This document shows positions 49,271 to 60,591 of a stretch of 64,000 bases of DNA, one piece after another. Source of the stretch: Scyliorhinus canicula (Eukaryota); contig NC_052162.1 in assembly GCF_902713615.1 (NCBI RefSeq), positions 130,348,653-130,412,652 on the forward strand. Reading direction: 5' to 3'. Every line of letters begins with the position of its first letter. The stretch's first letter is position 1. The notes below the pieces were generated by a model. It saw only the letters and a program-made list of their open reading frames with translations. It was not told where the DNA came from and made no database searches. The position numbers were made by a program, and so were the translations under genes.

Positions 49271-50069
49271 CTTAAAAGTATCTTTTCAATGGAAACAGTC
49301 TAGAAATTCATAACAAGCTATTCTAATTTCTATGGGACAGAATCATATAGAATCGACAGTGCAGAAGGAGGCCATTTGGCCCATCGAGTCTGCACCAGCT
49401 CTTGGAAAGAGCAGCCTACCCAAGCCCACACCTCCACCCTCTCTGTAACCTAGTAACCCAACAAAACCTTTTTGGACACCGAGGGCAATTTAGCATGGCC
49501 AATCCACCTGACCTGCACATCCTTGGACTGTGGGAGGAAACCGGAGCACCCGGAGGAAACCCAAACATGCAAGGGGAGAACGTGCAGACTCCGCACAGAC
49601 AGTCACCCAAGCCGGGAATCGAACCTGGGACCCTGGAGCTGTGAAGTAACAGTGCTAACCACTGTGTTACCATGCCGCCCTTTTTTTCTACTTGTCGCGA
49701 TGCTGTAAATCCCTGCTCCACATGCTCCCTCCTCTGAAACCCATGACAACATCTCCTCCACCTCCACACCCAGTTTTCACCCGCTCTCCAGTCCTGACTG
49801 GATTGAGTTCTTCAGTCGATGTGTGCCAAGAGAGAATAAAATGAATGAATCAATCAATCATTTTCTCTCCTGGTCAACCTGGGGATCTGTTATGAGGGAA
49901 CATTCACCCTGGACCAGCAGAAGCGGGAAATGTCAGTTCTCATTCGGCGTTTGCAGGCTCTTAATGAGGCAAGAGGTAATTTTTTAAGGCGCCAAAGCTC
50001 CCTCAGTCTGTAATGAGCTCCTTCCCTCCAGCCGCTGTCTAAATCCCCCCCCCCCCCCCCCCCCCCCAA

Positions 50070-50510
50070 CATGTGGCATGGGAGCCGCACTGCGCCTGCC
50101 TTTCACCTCGGATCTGCACTGCAACCTGCAGGGGCGGGGCTTGTGGCCCCTGCGCACTGATGCCCTTCTGATGGGTGAGGGTCATATTCCTGGAGGACGG
50201 TGGCGCATTGTGGCCCATTGCCACCTATCCAACCATGAGTGGGAGTATGTCAAAATCATTGAAAAGCAAAATGACATTAAATTAAAATAACATTACCCAA
50301 TCCCCTCTCCAAATGAATAAAACATTACAAATAATTAGATTATGATAATTGCTTTCTTTCATGTTTACCTAATTTCCTTTCCTCAAATTCGTGGCACGTT
50401 CCTCCCAATCCCTGAACTTCACCTGATAAGGTCATGTTGGCGGGTGGAGATTGATTGTCCTGGGAACCAATAGGAAGGGGGGGCGGGGTTTCAGAGGCCG
50501 GAGGGCCAAG
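50070..50510. promoter_or_regulatory. Decayed copy of the ZNF promoter module
   Basis: GATTGATTGTCCTGGGAACCAATAGGAAGGGGGGGCGGGGTTTCAGAGG aligns with 10443-10490; GC box and NRF1-like half sites ~50090-50160. Confidence 0.55.
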
Positions 50511-52604
50511 AGTGAAATGGCTACTCATAGAGTCACAGAATCCAAACACTGCAAAAGCAGGCCATTCGGTCCATCGAGTCTCCACCAGGCCTCCGAAAGA
50601 GCAGCCCACCAAGGCCCACTCCTCCACCCTATCCCCGTAACCCCAACTAACCTGCACATCTTTGGACTGTGGGAGTAAACCAGAGCACCCTGTAGGACCT
50701 CTGTGTCTATTCCTGTACCTGTAACGCCGTACCATATACCAAATAACAGACATTCAAGCATGGCTTCTTGGGTTAAAAGCAATTTGCAACATTTATTTTG
50801 TCAGCTAGTAGTGTCTATTGGTAAGCTTCAATTTTCAAGTACAAAATTTAGGAGGTTCCGATTAGCCCTGCAGCAAGCTAATCAGAATGATTGTCTTTCG
50901 CAAAGACAGATTGTTGAATTCAAAATACAATAACAGCTTGTGGTAATTTTTCCAAATCAAAAGACACAGTACAAAACGACTGCGAAGTTTAAAATAGAAT
51001 AAAATAGTGGTTTTGCAAAGCAAGCAGATAGAATAGGTTTCAGAGATAGGTTGAATTGATTCCAGAATGGCTTTCCCATCCCGATACCCGAACCTTTAAG
51101 GAAATAACTGTCTTTAAAGCGTCATCCTTTTTACAGCTGTGATTGGTTTTAACTAATCTATAATTCATTTAATTCGCCGAAGTGTCTACCTGTCAAATTA
51201 AGAGACAAAAGATTTCTGTGTTTTTCCACTCGGAGAAAACCTTTCTCACCAAAGATTCTTACTACGGGGTGACTTGTTGTTACCATGGACACAGAACTTG
51301 ATCTTAGCCCAGCTCTCTGACACAAAGAGTCTTTCTGCCAGCTTGTCCTAAGCATTTTGCTCATCTGATCAATTCACAAGCAGTTAGCCTTTTCTTACTG
51401 TTACGGTTAATATATATTGATTTAAAATTTTAGTTAATATGATTTCTTTAAATAATTTCGTCCTTTAACCCTTTTTACCTGTAATAAAAGGTTGTTTTTT
51501 ATCAACCCAGAGGAAACCAATGCAGAGCTGGGGAAAACGTGCAAACTCCACACAGTCACCCAAGGTCAAAATTGAACCCCAGTCCCTGGCTCGGTGTGCC
51601 AATATGCTGCCATTCTCTGATGTTTATGAACTCATTGTTCCTCTGGTTCTGATTTCATACTAAAACGCTGCTCATCGGTGTTCAATTTGGCCTCCACCAG
51701 GGCCACGTGGCTTCAGGTCTCATTCCAGCTTTCAGTCGAATGTGGACAAAGAGCTGAATTTCAGAGATGAGGGTGATTGCCCCGATCATCACGGCAGCAT
51801 TTGACTGAGTGCGGATTTGGGAACCACAGTAGAATCGAACTTAATTGGAACCAGTGTGGAAAACTGCCTGGAATCATATCGGCACAAATACAGATAATTA
51901 TGGTTGTTTGGAGCCAATCACCCCAGTCCCCGGGCACCTCTGCAGGGATTCCTCAGGGTCGTGTCCGAGGTTCAACTATCTTCAGCTGCTACATCTGCAA
52001 GAGGCCCTTCCTTCACCATTGCTGCTGGACACCACAGACTGCCATGCTTACTGAAAGCTACCTTCCAAGGGCGTTTCGGGATAGGCAACAAATAGTGGCC
52101 TTGGCAGTGATTCCCTCCTCCAAAATTATAACAAGGAATTAAACTAGAATTGCTTGTTCTGAATGTCTTTCCTCTAAATTGAACGTGGACAGTACTGTGA
52201 GCACATCAATGCCAAAGCTGTTGAATCAAGATGGCACATCTCAGCAAAAAGCATACATACAGCTCCATGTCGCTGACAACATTAGTTGGTCCTAAAAGTC
52301 TTGGAAAATAAGAGACAGGTTTAGATAAAGGATCTGGATCGGCGCAGGCTGGGAGGGCCGAAGGGCCTGTTCCTGTGCTGTAATTTTCTTTGTTCTTTGT
52401 TTGTAAAAGTGAAATCATGAAAGTACACTGTACACTTGGAAGCAATCACAATTTTTCTGTGCTTTCCACTCTGTTCTATAAATAGGCAATCATACATAGC
52501 TTTCTCCTTCTGTCCGTATACATATTGTCCCCTCTAATTTCTCTGAGCTGGTTACAAACCCCCTTGAGCATTCCTATGTTGTCCATGGGCAGTTTACATT
52601 TTAA

Positions 52605-52837
52605 AAAAATTTTAAAAATAAATTTTAGTGTACCCAATTATTTTTTCCAATTAAGGGGCAATTTAGCGTGGCCAATCCACCTACCCTGCACATCTTTTGG
52701 GTTGTGGGGGTGAAACCCACGCAGACACGGGGAGAATGTTCAAACTCCACACGGACAGTGACCCATAGCCGGGATTCGAACCCGGGTCCTCAGCGCCGTA
52801 GGCAGCAATGCTAACCACTGCGCCACCGTGTTGCCCC
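52605..52837 (-). mobile_element. A-tailed V-SINE
   Basis: TSD TGGGCAGTTTACATTTT(AA) (52586-52604 / 52838-52856). Confidence 0.9.
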
Positions 52838-53312
52838 TGGGCAGTTTACATTTTAACCGCCACTGGACTTCCATAAATTTGCGTGGCCTGTTTACTTCAA
52901 TGCACAGTATATTCCAGACACCTCAGAACAAACATTGCTCTCCTTCCATTGTTCCCACTCCCCCTCTCCCCTCCTATTGAAGTCAAAAAATAATTATTTC
53001 ATCCTTTCTAACCTTCTGCTCCTTTTCAAGTCAAATTCTACCCAAGTGCTTTAACTTTGTTACAATGATCAGTCAACATAGGCAGGCAGAAATTTCCTTC
53101 AATACACTGGCTATCCAGTGCCTCAAAAAAATGAACCTGACGAACTTCGCACTGGCCTGAACGTGCACACAGCCTGGGTGTTGGAAGTCCCATCAGTAAA
53201 TTAGTAATCCTTTGTAAACACACTTTAGAGGATAAATGAAGAAGAGAATTTTCCCATCGAAGCTAGAAATTTATCGACAGTCACAGTGGGCGTTATAATC
53301 CGCAACTATCTT

Positions 53313-53519
53313 TTTAAAAATAAATTTGGAATACCCAATTCATTTTCTCCAATTAAGGGGCAATTTAGCATAGCCAATTGACCTACCCTGCACATCTTTG
53401 GGTTGTGGGGGGTGAAACCCACGCAGACACGGGGAGAATGTGCAAACTCCACACGGACAGTGACCCAGAGCCGGGATCGAACCTGGGACCTCGGCGCCGT
53501 GAGGCAGCAGGGCTAGCCT
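53313..53519 (-). mobile_element. A-tailed V-SINE
   Basis: 14-bp TSD TCCGCAACTATCTT (53299-53312 / 53520-53533). Confidence 0.9.
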
Positions 53520-54130
53520 TCCGCAACTATCTTACGGCGATGGAACAATTGACTTCCCAGTGAACCTTGCAGAATATGAGCTGTCCCGTTAAAGGGGCGG
53601 AGGACCTCTAAACAATGTATGGTTGGATGGTATATAAAGCCGGTCAGTTAGGCATCGGCAAAGCAGACTATATAATAGTGATTGTAAATAAACTGAGTTT
53701 GTTTGAACAATTGGGTGTGGACTCCTTCGTAGCCACAGAAAACTGGCGATGTGGGTCAGACTGGATAGCTCTCAATGCTGCTGCATAATCCACGGATAAG
53801 CCACCTCCTGGTCCCTGTTGGATAAAGGTTGGATTTCTCTTTTCATTATGCAGCTGTTTGGAAGGTTAGATGTCTTTGACGGCAGCTTGGAAGACTGGAA
53901 TAGGGGCTGGTTTAGCCCACTGGGCTAACCAGCTGGCTTGTAATGCAGAACAAGGCAGCATCGCAGGTTCAATTCCTGTACCAGCCTCCCCAAACAGGCG
54001 CCGGAATGTGGCGGCTAGGGGCTCTTCACAGTAACTTCACTGAAGCCGACTTGTGACAATAAGCGATTATTATTATTAGTAGTATGTGGCGTGCATGCGC
54101 TACTTTTTCATGGCCAATAATACCACAAAG

Positions 54131-54876
54131 CTCCTTCTCCTCTTGCGCCCAGCTCAGCCTAATTCAGCTGAAGGTGCTGCATAGGGCTCACATGACAGGG
54201 GCAAGGATGAGCCGGTTCTTCGGAGGGGAAGACAGGTGCGGGAGGTGTTTGGGAGGCCCGGCGAACCACACCCATATGTTCTGGGCTTGTCCGGCCTTGG
54301 CGAGGTTTTGGAAGGGGGTGGCGGGGACTTTGTCAGAAGTGGTCGGGTCTAGGGTCAAGCCGGGCTGGGGGCTCGCGATCTTTGGGGTAGCTTCGGAGCC
54401 GGGAGTGCAGGAGGCGAGAGAGGCCGGCATTCTGGCCTTTGCGTCTCTAGTAGCCCGGCACAGGATTCTGTTACAGTGGAGGGATACGCGGCCCCCGAGT
54501 TCGGAGACCTGGATCAACGACATGGCTGGGTTCATCAGGTTGGAGAGGATGAAGTTTGCCCTGAGGGGGTCGGTACAGGGGTTCTTTCGGCGGTGGCAGC
54601 CCTTTCTCGACTTCCTGGCGAAGGGGTAGAGAGTGGTCGGTCTCGCCAGCAACCGGGGGGTGGGGGGGTTTGGGGATGGTTAGGGGGTTTGTTTTTGCGG
54701 CAGTGGGTTTGCTATGTTGTTATTTTCTTCTTGTATTGCTATTGGTTTTTTGTTATTATTTATTTTGGGGGGGTGAGTTCTTTTCTTGTGTTGGTGTGGA
54801 AACACGCCTTGTTTGTTTTAAATTGTGGGGAGAAAATTTGTTATTGAAAAACTTGAATAAAAATTATTTTAAAAAA
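54131..54876 (+). mobile_element. 5'-truncated L1/Tx1-clade LINE
   Basis: Open ORF2 C-terminus CGRC..HMFWACP..WQPFLDF; 15-bp TSD AATAATACCACAAAG (54116-54130 / 54877-54891). Confidence 0.92.
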
Positions 54877-55828
54877 AATAATACCACAAAGAATGACTGC
54901 CAGACAGTCATCTTGTTGACTACCTGTGGCGCACATACATTCAAAGCCTTACCGACCCCAGAGGCGCCCAACACGCAAACCTTCGACCAACTAGTAACTC
55001 CAGTGGGGTAGCACTTTAACCCAACACCATCCATTGTCGTACAGTGGTATCGTTTTAATACCTTGGAGTGAACCCTGGGTGAATCCATCACCGAGTATTT
55101 GTCACAGTTGCGAAAGATTGCCGAGTTGTGCGAATACAGCACCGTCCTGCAGAAAATGCTGCAAGACCGTTTAGTATGCGGCGTTAACAATGCCGGTACC
55201 CAAAGTAAATTCTTGGCCGAATCTTCCCTGAATCTACACCAAGCCATACAAATTTTGCTGTCCCAGGAAAATGCAGAACAAGGGGTGCAGGAAATACAAG
55301 GCCTGGAAGTAAGCAGCTTGGGGCATGTCCCCTCCCGGTGTGGGACCCCCTTCCCAAACAGCTACCCTGCCCTGATCTGAGCGCCCTGTAAAGGCCCAAC
55401 CCGTTGGCTGAAGGCTGAGTTGTCCCAACGAGAAACGTCCCCGGAATCTACTGAGAACGAACCCGGTTCGTTGCGGGACATGTGGCCGCTGGCCCAGGGG
55501 CCCCTGTAGAGGTAGATGTCACTGAGGGTGTGTACCTTCCACTATGGAAGAACCTAACAAAGTTGACTGCATGTAGTTATGGGTGGCTCCCATAAGGATC
55601 ACGGTGCAGGTAAACGGGCATTTGCCGGACATCGAACTGGACACTGGAGCGCCGGCTTCCATTGTAGGATGGAAGACTTTCAACAACATGAGACAGGGCA
55701 CCCAGAACTTGTACCTGACCGATACCAAAGCTAGGTTGGCTGCCGCTACTGGTGAGCCATTGGAGATTGCATGTACCACCATGACTCCGGTGGTCTATGG
55801 TCACCAATTGGCGTACCTCCCACTTATT

Positions 55829-56069
55829 TGTTTTAATTTTTAATATTTTTAAATTTAGAATACCCAATTCATTTTTTCCAATTAAGGGGCAATTTAGTGT
55901 GGCCAATCCACCTACGCTGCACATCTTTGGCTTGTGGGGGCGAAACCCACACAAACACGGGGAGAATGTGCTAACTCCACACAGACAATGACCCAGAGCC
56001 GGGATCGAACCTGGGACCTTGGCGCCGTAGGCAGCAGTGCTAACCACAGCACCGCCATGCTGCCCCTCC
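55829..56069 (-). mobile_element. A-tailed V-SINE in the Gypsy protease region
   Basis: 14-bp TSD ACCTCCCACTTATT (55815-55828 / 56070-56083). Confidence 0.9.
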
Positions 56070-57029
56070 ACCTCCCACTTATTGTGGCCAGAGGGAAGGC
56101 CCCAGCTTGTTGGGCGGTGATTGGCTGAGCCATTTACAACTAAATTGGCAACGCATCCTCCAGATGGTGTCTGGGGCATTAAGCGAAGTATTGGGCAAGT
56201 ACCCCGGAGTATTTCAACCCAGACTGGGGAAGATTAAAGGGGTCATAGCTCGCATTCATGTTGACTCAGGAGCCCAACTTCGGTGTTTCTAGGCACGCCC
56301 AGTTCCCGATGCATTGTTGGAAAAAGTAGATACTGAACTCCGTCAACTAGAAAATCTGAGTATCATCAGGACAGAACCCTTTGAGGATTGGGCAACGCCG
56401 GTGATGCCAGTATTAAAACCAGACAAGACAGTCCGGTTATGCAGGGATGGTAAACTCACTATGAATACAGCTTCAAGGTTGAATTGCTTCCCCATGCCTT
56501 GCAGTGAGGATCTTTACTCAAAGTTGGTGGGTGGACATTCATTTACTAAACTCAATGTGAGACATGCGTATTTACAACATGAGTTGCACACGGCCTCCCA
56601 AAAGTATGTGACAGTAAATATGCATAGAGAACTTCACGAGTACACACAGTTGCCTTTCAGGGTATCCTCTGCCCGTGCTATATTTCAACGAGTAATGGAA
56701 AACATCCTGAGCGAGTTGCCATACGTGGCGATCTATTTTGATCATGTGCTGGTCAATGGAGTGACCGAACAAGAGCTCCCAGAGAACCTTGAGGCAGGAC
56801 TGAAGCATTTCTCTCAATCTGGTGTCTGCTTGTGCTGGAAGAAATGTGTCTTCAGTGCCTCGGTTACCAGAAGGACTGCGATGGCTTCCACCCTGTCGAA
56901 GACAAGGTACACGCCATCCAGCAGGGAACTTCAGAGCTTTGTTCATTTTGAGGACTTGTTAACTAATACGACAACTTCATCCCGAACCTTGCAAACATGT
57001 TGACCTCTTACATCTTCTTTTGAAGAAGA

Positions 57030-58990
57030 ATCATAGAAAGATAGGAAAAAGGTGCAGGAATAGGCCGTTCGGCTTTTTGAGTTTGCACCACCATTGAATA
57101 TGATTACAGCTGATTGTGCAAATTCAGGATCCCACTCCTGCTTTCTCTCCATATCCCTTGATCCCTTTAGCCGCAAGGGCCACGTCCAGCTCCCCCTTGA
57201 GTATATCCAATAACCTGGCCCCAACATCTTTCTGTGGTGGAGAATTCCACAAGTTCACAACTCTCTGAGAGAAGATGTTCTTCCTCATCTCAGTCCTGAA
57301 TGGCTTACCTTATATTCTTAGGCTGTGACCCCTAGTTCTGGACATTCGCAACATCGGGAACATTTTTCCCGCATCTGGCTTGCCCAGTCCAATCAAGATT
57401 TTAAATGTTTCTATGAGATCCCCTCTCATTCTTCTAGACTCCAGTGAGTACAAGCCTAGTTGATCCAGTCTTTCTTCATATCATAGATTATCATAGAACT
57501 TACAGTGCAGAAGGAGGCCATTCGGCCCATCGAGTCTGCACCGGCTCTTGGAAAGAGCACCCTACCCAAGGTCAACACCTCCACCCTATCCCCATAACCC
57601 AGTAACCCCACCCAACACTAAGGGCAATTTTGGACACTAAGGGCAATTTATCATGGCCAATCCACCTAACCTGCACATCTTTGGACTGTGGGAGGAAACC
57701 GGAGCACCCGGAGGAAACCCACGCACACACGGGGAGGATGTGCAGACTCCGCACAGACAGTGACCCAAGCTGGAATCAAACCTGGTACCCTGGGGCTGTG
57801 AAGCAATTGTGCTATCCACAATGCTACCGTGCTGCCCTAAGTCAGGCCTGCCATCCCAGGAATTAGTCTGGTGAACCTTCGCTGGACACCCTCAATAGCA
57901 AGTATGTCCTTCCTCAAACTAGGAGGCTAAAACTGCACAATACTCAAGGTGTGGCCTCATCAAGGCCCTGTATAACTGCAGCAAGACATCCCTACTCATG
58001 TACTCAAATCTTAATGCTATGAAAGCCAGCATGTCATTAGCTTTCCTCACCGCCTGCTGTACCTGCATGCCAACCTTCAGCGACCGTTCCACCATACCTC
58101 GTTGCACTTCCCCTCTTACAAAACAGCCACCATTCTGATAATCTGCCTTCCTGTTTTTGCCACCAAAGTGGAAAACCTCACATTTACCCTCATTATATTG
58201 CATTTGCCAAGTATTTGCCCACTCAACCAGCCTGTCGATGTCACCCTGCAGCCTCTTTGCATCCTCCTCACAGCACACACTGCCACCCAGCTTAGTGTTG
58301 TCTGAAAATTTGGAGATATTGCACGCAATTCCTTCTTCCAAATCATTAATGTATAATGTGATCAGCTGGGGTCCCAGCATTGAACCCTGCGGTACCCCAC
58401 TAGTCACTGCCCGTCACTCTGAAAAGGACCCGTTTATTCCTACTCTCTGCTTCCTGTCTGCCAACCAGTTCTCTATCCTTGCCAATACATTACCCCCAAT
58501 GCCATGAGCTTTAATTTTGCTCACTAATCTCCTGTGTGAGACCTTGTTAAAAGCCTTTTAAAAGTCCAGATATCTGGAAGCTTTTGCAGTCAGTTTTTAT
58601 GTTTTCTACCAGCTTACTCTCATGTCCTATTTTCCCCTTCCGAATTAAACCCTTTGTCCTCCTCTGCTGAATTTTTAATTTCTCCCAGTTCTCAGGCTTG
58701 CTGCTTTGTCTGGCCAATTAATATGCCGTCTTTTTGGCTTTAACACTATCCCTGATTTCCCTTGTTAGCTGTGGTTGAGCCACCTTCCCCATCTTACTCT
58801 TGTACCAGACAGGGATGTATCATTGTTGAAGTTCATCCGTGTGATCTTTAAATGTCTGCCATTGCCTATCCACTGTCAACCCCTTAAGTATCCTTTGCCA
58901 GTGTATCCTAGCCAATGCACATCTCATACCATCAAAGTTAGCTTTCTTTAAGTTCAGGACCCTAGTCTCAGACTTAACTGTGTCACTCTC
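57030..58990 (-). mobile_element. CR1 LINE ORF2 relic with a nested HE1 SINE (57481-57837)
   Basis: SGVPQGSMLGPQL..YINDL..KFSDNTKLGG..RPHLEYC. Confidence 0.88.
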
Positions 58991-59821
58991 CAGGTTCGAT
59001 TCCGGCTTGGGTCACTGTCTGTGCGGAGTCTGCACATCCTCCCCGTGTGTGCATGGGTTCCCTCCGGGTGCTCCGGTTTCCTCCCACAGTCCAAAGATGC
59101 GCAGGTTAGGTGGATTGGCCATGATAAATTGCCCTTAGTGTCCAAAATTGCCCTTAGTGTTGGGTGGGGTTACTGGGTTATGGGGATAGGGTGGTGATGT
59201 TGATCTTGGGTAGGGTGCTCTTTCCAAGAGCCGGTGCAGACTCGATGGGCTGAATGGCCTCCTTCTGCACTGTAAATTCTATGATAAAAAATCTATGATA
59301 ACTATCTATGGTCTTTGCAGCTGGGGGCTGCAGTCTCCACTGAACGTTTAACTGGTGTGAGTCAGGGTGTGGGTGTTGGGCTGAAGACAAGTCACTATTA
59401 AATTGTTTTGCTCTTGAAAACCTGTTTTAATCTTTAGTCAGGTGGCTTATGTATGGGTCACATGATTCAATTGTATGAGGGTTAGACATGTCCTTGGCAG
59501 AGGGAACAGATCTGTTCTGTGTTTGTCACCCAGCAAGATGCTACCGAAGCTTTCTCCCGAAGAAAAAAGGCAGATATTTCAATAATATTCCATAAATCTC
59601 TGAAGATTTTATAAGGTCATTCGGTGGTGATTTCCTACAATCTGTTACTTGGATTGAACGTGTCTCCTTTCCTGTGCCGAGGGGATTTCTGTACCAGACA
59701 GGAGGGGTAACATTTGGAGACTCTCTATTCGTCCCTGAATTCCTGCTGGATAATGGAGGTGTCACTGTGCGGAATGTGCAAGTCGGTCAGAATTGTCAGC
59801 AAGGATTAATCAGCACTTTCT

Positions 59822-59922
59822 TTTTTTTTAAATGTATTTTATTACCAACATGTATCAAAACAGGTTACAACACATTAACACCCCCCCGGGGAACACCCTT
59901 CCCAGCAATCAACTATCGTCTG
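59822..59922 (-). mobile_element. Very short L1-type 3' end insertion
   Basis: AATAAA plus A-tail; 15-bp TSD TAATCAGCACTTTCT (59807-59821 / 59923-59937). Confidence 0.8.
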
Positions 59923-60359
59923 TAATCAGCACTTTCTAATTGGAGATGTCCATCAGTGGGGCCTTTCAGACACTGTATTTATGGAGTTCGTACCGAAAAT
60001 CAACACAATCAGTTATAGATCCAGAATATTAAACTCCAGCCCAGTTACAGGAATTATTAATGTTTTGTGTTGTACTTACAGAATAAAAGAATGGAAATGC
60101 AGAAGCACGTGGTTAAACACAATAAATCAACTGAGGTTTGTTAGATGGTTGTTAACCATATAAAGGCTTGGTCTGGACTGATTCTAAGCCCGCTATATAA
60201 CCGATAATGTCACGGACTATCACGTGACTCAACTCTTAAAAGGACCATGCAACAGCACAACACAATAATATCAACCCACACATATAATATCCCTCCCTGT
60301 TTACTTATAACGACCAACACAACGAATAACTAGTATGTTTATATTGTCATTTACAAGTA

Positions 60360-60591
60360 CAGGTTGAACATCCCTATCTGGAAACCGAGAGATTCTGAAA
60401 TCCACACTTTGGTTTTGAGTGCCAACGTGACACCACGAATCCCTGGGCGATGTGCAGGTCCTAATGTGCCGCACAAGCGGTTCCCAATACAGTGCATAGG
60501 CGCAGTTCCCATCACTCCGCAGATACACATTAAATTCCAAAATCCGATACACACCTGGCCCCAAGCATTTTGGATAAGGGACGCTCAACTG
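60360..60591. mobile_element. Tigger/pogo-type MITE (MER46/Tigger4-like)
   Basis: TIRs CAGGTTGAACATCCCTATC / GATAAGGGACGCTCAACTG; TA on both flanks. Confidence 0.8.

Larger units (their letters stand above)
53575..57025 (+). mobile_element. Degenerate Mag-like Gypsy element (short 5' LTR, gag, PR, RT), with nested SINEs and an L1
   Basis: LTR with TATATAAA/AATAAA then TGGCGA; gag MQLFGRLDVFD..EDW; protease ELDTGA; RT WATPVMPVLKPD..YFDHVLV. Confidence 0.8.
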
